Positions 1 to 8,651 of a stretch of 32,000 nucleotides of DNA are shown here, in pieces (the stretch's first letter is position 1; the number at the start of each line of letters is the position of its first letter). Made by a program: the position numbers and the translations under genes. Where the stretch lies: assembly GCA_004563595.2 (NCBI GenBank), contig CP042461.1, forward strand, positions 660,001-692,000. The letters run 5' to 3'. The notes beneath the pieces are model-generated. The model ran no database searches and had not been told where the DNA came from. It saw only the letters and a list, made by a program, of their open reading frames with translations. The stretch is from Candidatus Saccharimonadota bacterium. Its GTDB lineage: Bacteria; Patescibacteriota; Gracilibacteria; BD1-5; UBA6164.

Positions 1-1
1 A

Positions 2-235
2 AATTGAAATTTAGCGAACCTTGATCTAATTAAATTTAAAATTTCTACTGATATTAGATGACTTCTCGATACTTTTTGATGAGATTATCAAGAGGGAAAA
101 TATGATGATAGAGAAATAATTGTTGGTATTCCGGATCTTTATTCAGGTAAAACACCTATTTATTCATTATTTTTACCAATTTTATCAAAAAATGGTTTTA
201 AGATGGAGGATTTTTACTATTCTCCTACAGAATAA
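2..235 (+). CDS. C-terminal end of an unidentified protein (5' part upstream of window)
   Basis: Frame is open from the window edge to TAA 233-235 when TGA=Gly (4 in-frame TGA). A 12-bp-stem hairpin follows. No family recognised from ...IVGIPDLYSGKTPIYSLFLPILSKNGFKMEDFYYSPTE. Confidence 0.4.
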
Positions 236-258
236 GAATGTAAATATTCAAAAAAAAA

Positions 259-290
259 GAAACACTTATTAATCAATAATAAGTGTTTCT
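259..290. terminator. Hairpin between convergent genes (bidirectional terminator)
   Basis: Perfect 12-bp stem GAAACACTTATT / AATAAGTGTTTC, with an A-run before it and a T-run after it. The trhO stop codon (269-271) lies inside the hairpin. Confidence 0.55.
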
Positions 291-1354
291 TTTTGTGATA
301 TTTTATGGTTAAATGATACTCCTTCCAATTTCTCAGATAAATGCGTTCTTATTTTATTCATGATTTCATCTTTTTTCTCTGGGTGAACTTTTATATCTGC
401 CCTGAGTAATTTATAATTCATTCTATCAAAATCAGATGTTTTGATATGCCCTGTTTCCAGTGCATTATCTACACATTCTTGACTACAAAATCAGTAATGA
501 TTTTTGTATTCTTTTTCATCAGCGATAATTCTAGCATTACAATGACTATACCTACAGTTTTCACAATTATCTGTTTTTTTATCTGAAAAAATACATTCTC
601 AAATAATGGTATGAGTATTTTCATCTCATACATAGTCAGAAACTCTATCATCAAATACATATAAGTTTCCTTCCCAGTTTCCATCGTTAAATGTATTTAT
701 ATATTTAACCACTCCACCATCAAGCTGATATGTATTTTTGAGTCCTGCTTTTTGAAGCATAACCGTTGATTTCTCACATCTTATACCTCATGTACAATAT
801 GAAATAACCTTTTTATCTCAGAATTGTTTTTTGTAGTTTTCTATTTCAGTTTCTAGTTCTCTAAAATTAAGTGTATTCGCTGGAATTGCATTTTTGAAAT
901 GTCCCACTTTGTATTCATGATTATTTCTCATATCTAGTATTATATAATCATCGGTATTTCCGTTATCAATAATATCTTTAAAATCCTCGATTGACATTCT
1001 ATTCCCTGCTTCATCTATTTCTGATTTTGAATATTTTTTTCCAAGTGCTACAATTTCTTCTTTGTACTTCACGGCCATTCTTGGGAATTTATGTCCGTCT
1101 ACTTTTGAGGTTTTGATATCAAAATCTTCTGGGTTATTGAATAATGGGTGTTGATCTAAATACATTTTGTATGCTTTTAGTTGTCATTCATTACAAGTAA
1201 CAGTTGATGAGATTCCTTCTGTTCATATATAGATTCTTCATTTCATTCAGATATCTTTACAGAATTTAAGGTGATCTTCTACTTCTTTCTCTGGATTTAC
1301 TACGTCTACAAACTTATAAAAAGTTATAAGTTTAAATTGTTCTTTATATAACAT
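269..1354 (-). CDS. trhO: Rhodanese-domain tRNA uridine(34) hydroxylase TrhO (YceA/UPF0176 family), 361 aa
   Basis: 362-codon frame open with TGA=Gly, containing track fragment 818-1165. N-terminus ITFYKFVDVV...GMKGRIYIGTEGISSTV. Rhodanese active-site motif YCTGGIRCEK (first G is TGA 788-790). Cys-rich C-terminal tail. ATG 1352-1354, TAA 269-271. Confidence 0.85.
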
Positions 1355-1435
1355 ATAATATATTTCTAAATAATAACTTGCATGGTTATTGCAAAAATAT
1401 CTCTGATCCATTTGTGTGGTAGAGTGCGTGTATTA

Positions 1436-1450
1436 TAAGAATAATTCTCA
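1436..1450. promoter_or_regulatory. Candidate Fur-family 7-1-7 operator (TAAGAATAATTCTCA) in the trhO / U32 divergent intergenic region
   Basis: 14/15 identical to the core TGAGAATAATTCTCA of the palindrome at 21138-21152. Lies 82 nt from the trhO ATG and 133 nt from the U32 ATG, directly upstream of a TTGCAA (1453-1458) / TAAAAT (1475-1480) promoter-like pair. Confidence 0.45.
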
Positions 1451-1582
1451 TATTGCAAGATAGATAATAGTATATAAAATAATATTTTGATTTTAATGAA
1501 ATATTGAATACCTTGTTGTTACATTATTTTATATGTCGTAAGGCTAACTTACCCTTAGTTTTATTCACTAACCCTGTATATT

Positions 1583-2968
1583 ATGACAAAACAACTAGAA
1601 CTCCTCATGCCTGCATGAGATTTTGAGAAATTAAAATTCGCTTATGCATATGGTGCTGATGCATGTTATGTATGAGTGCCAATGTTTTCACTCAGAGCAA
1701 GAACGAATACTTTTAATATGAAAACAATCAAAGAAGCCGTAGATTATGCTCATAATTTGTGAAAAAAAATATACTTTACTGCAAATATATATGCACATAA
1801 TGTAAAAATTAAACCATTTATGGCTCAGTTTTCTAAAATGGTTGAAATGAAACCCGATGCTTTTATTATGGCTGATCCATGATTGATTAGTATAGTAAGA
1901 AAGCAATTTCCAGATGTAGAAATTCATCTCTCAGTTCAAGCAAATAATACAAACTGGGCCCAAGCTGAGTTTTGGAGTGATTTAGGAATAAAAAGAATTA
2001 TTTTAAGTAGAGAAATTTCCCTGAGAGAAATGAAGGAAATTCATGAGCATGTACCACAAATAGAATTAGAAGCTTTTGTTCACTGAGCAATTTGTATGGC
2101 TTATAGTGGGAGATGTTTAATTTCAAATTATCTCTCAAATAGAGATCCAAACCAAGGTACCTGTAGTCATTCATGTAGATGGGAATACAAAGTGTTTAAA
2201 GATGATAGATCTGAAGCAGAACTAGAAACGATTACATGAAGACCTGAAGATTATCAAGAATTAACGTGAAATTTCTATCTTGAAGAAGCTGAAAGGCCAG
2301 GTGATATTATGGAAATAGATGAAGATTCATACGGCACATACCTTATGAATTCAAGGGATTTATGTGCTATTGATTATATAGGAGAGCTAAAAGATGCTTG
2401 AATTATCAGTTTTAAAGTTGAATGAAGAAATAAAACTGTTAACTATATAGCTTCAGTTGGTCTTGCTTATAAAGAAGCTCTTGAAAAAGTCGAAGTATGA
2501 GAAAAATATGATTCTATTAAACTGAGTGAGGAGTTATTCTCTATAGCAAATAGAGGTTATATACCAGGATTTTTAGCTTGAAATCCAAATGCCAACGCAC
2601 AATTTTACGAAAGAAATGGTTGATTTCAAACAAAAGTATTTTTAGGAATACTCAGAGATTTTGATGCTGAGAATATGCTTTGTAGAGTTGAGGTGAAAAA
2701 TAATTTTAGCATATGAGATAATTTTGAAATCGTTACTCCAGATGGAATTATGAAATCGAAGATAACTCAGATTTATAGAACCAAGATTAATCACGGAGTA
2801 AAAAAATCATGAACAACTTTTATAAATAAAATCGCTTTTAATGAAGATATTTCTGAAAAAGTTGAATCAGCATATGGTTGATGATATGAAGTATGGATTA
2901 ATATGGATAAAGACTATACAGAGTTTGGTTTGATTAGAAAAATATCACCAGAAATGCAAGCAAGTTAA
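1583..2968 (+). CDS. Peptidase U32 family protein (YegQ/TrhP-like), 461 aa
   Basis: 462-codon frame open with TGA=Gly, containing track fragment 1883-2086. N-terminus LLMPAGDFEKLKFAYAYGADACYVG. U32 signature EAFVHGAICMAYSGRCLISNYLSNRDPNQGTCSHSCRW. Size resembles YegQ/TrhP-type members, but other U32 roles cannot be excluded. Confidence 0.85.
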
Positions 2969-2969
2969 A

Positions 2970-2993
2970 AGAGAGCTTTTGCTCTCTTTTTTT
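2970..2993 (+). terminator. Intrinsic terminator after the U32 gene
   Basis: AGAGAGC-TTTT-GCTCTCT hairpin followed by a T-run, starting 2 nt after the stop codon. Confidence 0.65.
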
Positions 2994-3017
2994 CTTTGTA
3001 TATGTTTGTAGAGAAAT

Positions 3018-3425
3018 CTATAATCTATCAGCGTTTATTAAATCCTTAAGACGAGATGATAGTATATCACTTAAATCAGATGCTATTTTTTTAGATTGCA
3101 AAACATTATTGATTTTTATTTCTATTTTTATTTTTTCATTTTCTTTGTTTTTTTGATCACATATTATTTGGATACGTGAATTGCTTCTATTATAACTGTG
3201 ATCTAGGATCCTGCTTTTATGTTTAAACGGAAGTTCAAATGTATATGCACCAGACTCATAATTTACTGTGCACTTATATCTGTCATCTGTTGAGTTATTT
3301 TCGAATCCCAACCCTAATTGCCTCTTTGCAATAAAATTTTTTTGAAATACTAAAAGTCCAGATTTGAGTACAGTGATTAATTGCTGTAACAACAAATTAT
3401 GAGCTTTTTCATCATTACTACTCAA
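3018..3425 (-). CDS. Hypothetical protein, 135 aa (atypical translation signals)
   Basis: Intact under both standard code and code 25. TTG start 3423-3425 with AGGAAGGAG 7 nt upstream, TAG stop 3018-3020, no in-frame TGA, and all 4 Gly encoded by GGN. No family recognised. Confidence 0.6.
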   Translation of the reverse strand: MSSNDEKAHNLLLQQLITVLKSGLLVFQKNFIAKRQLGLGFENNSTDDRYKCTVNYESGAYTFELPFKHKSRILDHSYNRSNSRIQIICDQKNKENEKIKIEIKINNVLQSKKIASDLSDILSSRLKDLINADRL

Positions 3426-3599
3426 GATGTAACTCCTTCCTATATTATTGTAGTTTTACGAAGTGAACACATTATACATATAAAAATCATAAATCAAGTT
3501 TTATAATCGTCAATATGATCTAGAAATAAAGATTTTATTATGTTTGTTTATGGTTATATTAGAGACTATTATAATAGTAATTATTTAAAGAATAAGAAT

Positions 3600-4757
3600 A
3601 TGAAAAACTATATATATATCATTCTCGGGGTCTCATATGTTACCTATTATTTCTTAAATCAAGAGAATTCTTATTTTTTATATATAAGAGAAAATGTTGC
3701 ATATTGAGATGTATTATTATCTTATTTTAATGCATTAGTATGATTTTTTGCAGTATTATGAACCATGAATTTGGTTAACAAAGTATTAGAAAAATTATTT
3801 ATTCGACTTTCAAAAAAAACTGAAACAGAACTTGATGATCTTGTATGAGAATTTATTATTAAGTTTATTAACCTCGCAAAATACATATTTGCACTCTATG
3901 TAGTATTCTATTTAGCAAAGACTCCTGTTTATATCGATATATTAGTGGAAAAGGCTACTTCAGTATTAATTATAATAATATTTTTATCTCTCTTTACTTC
4001 ATTTGTAAACTTAGTTTTTCAAAAAGAACTTATTCTTAAAAGTAAGTTAAAAGCTGTAAGTAGAACTCTCTTGCCTTTTATTAATAAAGTAACCGTTATT
4101 TTTATATGGATTATCTGAACTATCACTATTATATGAAACCTCTGATATGATGTATCTGCTCTTATAGCTTGAGCGTGAATAGGTTGATTAGCTGTTGCAC
4201 TTGCTGCGCAAAAGAGTTTAACAAATGTATTTGGTGCAATAACTATACTCCTTAATAAACCATTTAAGATTTGAGATTATGTTGCTATTAATTGACACTT
4301 TTGAGTTGTGAAAGAGATCTGACTCTCATACCTTACCTTAAAGGATAAAATGTGACATCAAATCATGATTCCAAATGAAACAATTATAAGTACAAGTATT
4401 GAAAACCTATCCGTAAGGGAGAATAGGAGAACTGATTTTAGTATTGGTCTTGTATATGGTACAACTCAAGCAAAAATGAAAAAATGAGTTAAAATTTTAG
4501 AAGATATACTAGAAAAGTACGTGGAAGATAAAACGGCCTCTGGATATAGAGTGAACTTTGATATGTTCTGAGACTTCTCATTGAATATTAATGCAACTTA
4601 TTTTTCTCTCCATAATAAAGTTTACAAAGATTATATTAAGCAAAAAGAAGATATAAATCTGAGCATAAAAGAACAATTTGAAAAAGCCTGACTTGATATG
4701 GCATTCCCTACTCAAGAATTAATAATAAAAAAAGAAGATAAAAAGAAAAACCTTTAA
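3600..4757 (+). CDS. mscS: Small-conductance mechanosensitive channel (MscS family), 385 aa
   Basis: 386-codon frame open with TGA=Gly. N-terminal TM helices, then ALIAGAGIGGLAVALAAQKSLTNVFGAITILLNKPFKIGDYV and a beta-domain. ATG 3600 (an in-frame ATG at 3540 is an alternative start), TAA 4755-4757. Confidence 0.85.
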
Positions 4758-4818
4758 AAACCCATCCCCTCGTTCCTCGGTACTTCCCTTCATTCGAATG
4801 GAAGACAGAAAATAAAAA

Positions 4819-4846
4819 AAGAAGATTTTTAATCTTCTTTTTTATG
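4819..4846. terminator. Bidirectional terminator between mscS and the RhuM-Doc gene
   Basis: AAGAAGATT-TTT-AATCTTCTT hairpin flanked by an A-run and a T-run. Overlaps the stop codon at 4842-4844. Confidence 0.65.
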
Positions 4847-5834
4847 CAATCAGGTTCATTACAAGTTTTACCATGAGTTCTTTATCTTTTGGATTACTAG
4901 ATGCAATGAGAAGCGTTATAGCTACAAGGGCTCTATCATTAATCTTTCTTTCTCAATTTTCGTCAAATAAGAGATTATTTTTTGCTAAGAAGAGAATAAA
5001 AGTAAAGGCTCAACTTCTTTTGTTTCCATCTATAAATGGATGATCTTTTACTATAAAATAAAGGAGATTTGCAGCCTTCTCTTCTGTGGTAGTATAGAGA
5101 TCAGCTCATCAAAATGTTTGATATATGTTTCAAAATATTGATTCTATTCAATATTTTTCTTTGTTTTTTGCAAATAAATCTGTTGCCTCTCATTTAGAAA
5201 CAAGGTTTTGTTTTAGCTCTAAAATAGCATTATATGCCTCCTTTGCTTCTAATTTATAATTTAAATTTTTTGTTTTTCATGTTTCTTTTAAACTACCTTC
5301 ATCATATTTTTGTAGAAGTAGCCAACTATTGGTATAGTTTGTTATGATATCTAAAAATCCTAGTGCTTCTTCTTTTCATAAATCTCATGAGATCAGGGCT
5401 TTTTTAATCATATTGATAGAACCTTCTAATTCTTTGAGACCTTTTTCCTGAATTCTTTTTTTATTGATAGTGTATCATTGAATAAGGTGATCTTTGAGAA
5501 TTTTATTTGCCCATATACGAAACGACGTTGCTTCTTTTGAATTTACTCTATATCAAACTGATAAAATCATATCGAGGTTATAAAATTTTGTTTGATATTT
5601 TTTTCCATCATTAGCAGTATGTTCCATTTTGGAACACACTGATTCAAGGGTTAATTCTTCATCTTTAATTATATTTTTAATATGTTTAGTTATCGCTGGT
5701 CTTTGTACTCAAAATAGCATAGATATATGTTCTTGAGTAAGCCATATATTTTCATTTTCAAGCTTTACCTGGATTTCAGCATCTCAATCTTTCTTTTTAA
5801 AGATATGAATGTCTCATCTTCTTATTTTAGTCAT
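4842..5834 (-). CDS. RhuM-family N-terminal domain fused to a Fic/Doc domain, 330 aa
   Basis: 331-codon frame open with TGA=Gly. RhuM-type region WLTQEHISMLFGVQRPAITKHIKNI...DGKKYQTKFYNLDMILSVGYRVNSKEATSFRIWANKIL. Fic/Doc motif HPFIDGNKRSGA at 5007-5042. Confidence 0.8.
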
Positions 5835-5910
5835 AATTTTTAAATTACATATTTTACTATATACAAAGTATATACATACTTGAAATAAAAGCAAATAATT
5901 TTAAAAATAA

Positions 5911-5945
5911 AAAAACTCAGAATTGTAAAAAATCTGAGTTTTTTT
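5911..5945 (-). terminator. Intrinsic terminator after ftsK
   Basis: AAAAAACTCAGA ... TCTGAGTTTTTT inverted repeat immediately downstream of the TAG at 5948-5950. Confidence 0.65.
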
Positions 5946-5947
5946 GA

Positions 5948-8134
5948 CTAATCTACATATACTTCTCTTGGTTTACTCCCATTGCTTGGTCAAACAACTC
6001 AAAGTTCTTCTAATATATCAAGTACTTTCGCAGCACGAGCATATCAGAGTCACAGTTTTCTTTGGATGAGAGATGTGCTTCCTTTTCATGACTCTTTTAC
6101 CACAAGGATAGCTTTTTCTATTAGCTCAGGATCTTCATCTTGATCTCATTTATAATTTTCAAGAATACTTCATTCTGTTTTAGACTTTCAATTTACAATA
6201 GATGAATCTTGAAGATTATTGAGTATATCAGGATCAATAGTAAGTTTTAATTGATTCACTACTGCTTCAACTTCATCAGTCTCCACAAGTACTCACTGTA
6301 CCCTCTCTGGTTCTAAATTCCCAGTTGGGTATGACAGCATATCTCACCTCCCTAGAAGGTCCTCAGCTCATTTTTGTCATATAATGGTTTGAGAATCAAT
6401 GTGTGATGCAACGGTAAATGCAATTCTCGATGGAATATTTGCTTTAATAAGTCATGTAATAACATCAACTGATGGTCTTTGTGTTGCAACTATCAAATGA
6501 ATTCATACAGCCCTTGCCATTTGTGCAATTCTAGAAATAGATTGTTCAACTTCTTTTTTATTTCAGCTCATCATAAGATCAGCCAACTCATCTATTACAA
6601 AAACTATATATGGTAATCTTTTATCTTTCTCTACTTTTGCGTTGTATTCTTTTAAATTTCTAGCATTTACGGCTGTCGCAAGGTCATATCTTCTAAGCAT
6701 TTCAGCTACACACCATTTTAATGCATTGAGTGCTTTATCTGGATTTGTAATAACTGGTGTAAGTAAGTGAGGAATTCCATTATATACTGAAAGTTCAACT
6801 CTTTTAGGATCCACCATTATCATTTTTAAGTCAGAAGGAGAGAATTTATAGAGAAGTGATATAAGAAAACCATTCATTCACACAGATTTTCAAGAACCTG
6901 TTTGTCATGCTATAAGAAGATGTGGCATTTTTGCAAGATCTCATACCATAATGTTTCAGCTTACGTCTTTTCACAGAGCAATTGGTATTTCTAATTTGGG
7001 AGAGTTAAATTCTTTTGATGAAAGTACTTCCCTCAGTCATACTGCTTGTCTATTATCATTTGGAACTTCTATTCAGACGGCTCAGAGTCCAGGAATTGGA
7101 GCTTGTATTCTTATGTTTTTTGCATGAAGAGCGAGGGTTAGATCTTTTTTAAGGTTTACAATTTTTTGAAGTTTTACTCATTCTCTTGGCTTCAGTCTAT
7201 ATTGTATTACAGTTGGTCAGACCCTAAATCATAACATTTCAACTTCTATTTTAAACTGGAGGAGCTTTTCTTGAATTTCTATTTCTTTTCTCCTTATTTC
7301 ATTTTTATCATAATTGATATTTTTTCCTCTTTCAGTTAAAAGGTCTAATTTTGGAAAAATCCAATTTTTAAATGTGCTTTTTCAAATAGTTTGAATTTTT
7401 TCTTCGGATTTTTTCTCTGTTTTTGAGAATAGGGCTCAAATTTTTGAAGGAGCTTTCTTTTCAATTTTAATTTTTTTTGGTGCATCAGAAAGGTTCAATT
7501 GTTTTGTTTTCTTTTCTTTACGTAAGGATTCTTTTTCCCTTTTTAACTCTTCCATCATTTCATCGAGTTCTTTCTTTTTATTATTGAGTTTCGTTTCTGA
7601 TTTGGTTCTCGGTATATTTTTGATTATTTTTTCTTTTTTAATAGTATTTTTTATATCAGAAACTGATGGACTTAAAGAAACCATTTTCTTTGTAAAATGT
7701 ATTGGTGAAAAACGAAATAATATAATAAGAGAGAGGATAAATAAACCTATAAATAGTAAAAGAAGTGAGTTTCGTCATATTATATCTACCAGGATTGGGT
7801 ATAAGTTAAATGCAGCTTGGTAATTTCATATAAAGAATCAAATTATTGTTGTGATACTAAAAAAGAAAAAAAGGAGTCAAAATCATCTATATATATTAAA
7901 ATCAAGATCTTTTTCTTTGAATAAAAATATACTCAGAAGTAATGTTACAGGCGAAAATAGAAATTGATAGTATTCTCAAAATAATATTGTAAGAATATTA
8001 AAAATATGAAATCAAACAACAGATTTTGTATCTGCTAATAAAACAAGGATCGATAAAAATAAAAATATAGTAGCAAAAATATATTTTTTTATATCTGGAT
8101 TTAGTTTTGGAACTGTTTTTTTTCTTGGTGGCAT
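5948..8134 (-). CDS. ftsK: DNA translocase FtsK/SpoIIIE, 728 aa
   Basis: 729-codon frame joining track fragments 6563-6877 and 7436-7684 through TGA codons. N-terminal TM helices. Walker A AGQTGSGKSV (TGA at 6905-6907 and 6890-6892), Walker [13 protein letters not shown]. Gamma domain [34 protein letters not shown]. Confidence 0.93.
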
Positions 8135-8197
8135 TTCTGTTGGGTTCTTAAAGTCTATTTAATCAAATTATACACACATTTTTTATTTTTTCAACAT

Positions 8198-8229
8198 AAA
8201 AAAGTAAGCATTTTACTGCTTACTTTTTT
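8198..8229 (-). terminator. Intrinsic terminator after ORF 8283-8609
   Basis: AAAAAAGTAAGC-loop-GCTTACTTTTTT, a 12-bp stem. Confidence 0.6.
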
Positions 8230-8282
8230 AATTATTTTAAATGAAAAGTTATTATAATAATTATGCTGCTACGGCATATTTA

Positions 8283-8609
8283 TTATGCTCTTGTTTCTGC
8301 TTCTAAGAATTGTGATAATTTTCAAGTTCTAGATGCAATTTCTATACCACTAATATCTATATTACTAGGCTTTTGAATTTCATTACTATCAATAGTACTT
8401 GATAATTCAGATATTTGCATCTGTGCTTCATACGATGTCATGTCAAATAATTTTTGTAATCAATCAATCTGTTCTCACATTCTTTCATCGATACGAGTTT
8501 CTCATGATAACATTTTTGCGAGTGTTTCTTTATTTGTATTTATAATCTTTTGTAATTCACTAGGACCTTCATTTGCTTGTTCTTGGAAATTTTGTCTTTC
8601 AGTTCACAT
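8283..8609 (-). CDS. Hypothetical acidic protein, 108 aa
   Basis: 109-codon frame open with 5 in-frame TGA. No TM segment and no recognisable family. Sits between the M23 peptidase gene and ftsK, with its own terminator. Confidence 0.5.
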
Positions 8610-8651
8610 AATTTTATAGTTAATTTATAAATTTGTTTTTATTTTTATCTT

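Noticed and set aside
469-684. Track ORF of 71 aa on the minus strand within trhO.
   Set aside because: It is the wrong frame of trhO. The trhO frame continues through this stretch with the Cys-rich C-terminal tail.
3651-3670. Palindrome AAGAATTCTT near the 5' end of mscS, considered as another regulator site.
   Set aside because: It has no central spacer base, so it is not the 7-1-7 architecture. It is within coding sequence and is short enough to occur by chance.
4761-4810. GC-rich island considered as a tRNA 3' fragment or integration (att) scar flanking the RhuM-Doc gene, because of the TTCGAAT sequence.
   Set aside because: The flanking bases do not form a T-arm or acceptor stem on either strand. 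The only sequence shared with the other flank (5835-5947) is a low-complexity A-run. No integrase gene is present.
8168-8176. TTATACACA, a match to the DnaA-box consensus TTATNCACA, upstream of ftsK. A weaker TTATACACT lies near 12465. Considered as a hint of oriC.
   Set aside because: These are single isolated boxes, one of them inside the rhomboid coding sequence. There is no cluster, no dnaA or dnaN nearby and no AT-rich unwinding repeats, so chance occurrence in AT-rich DNA is likely.
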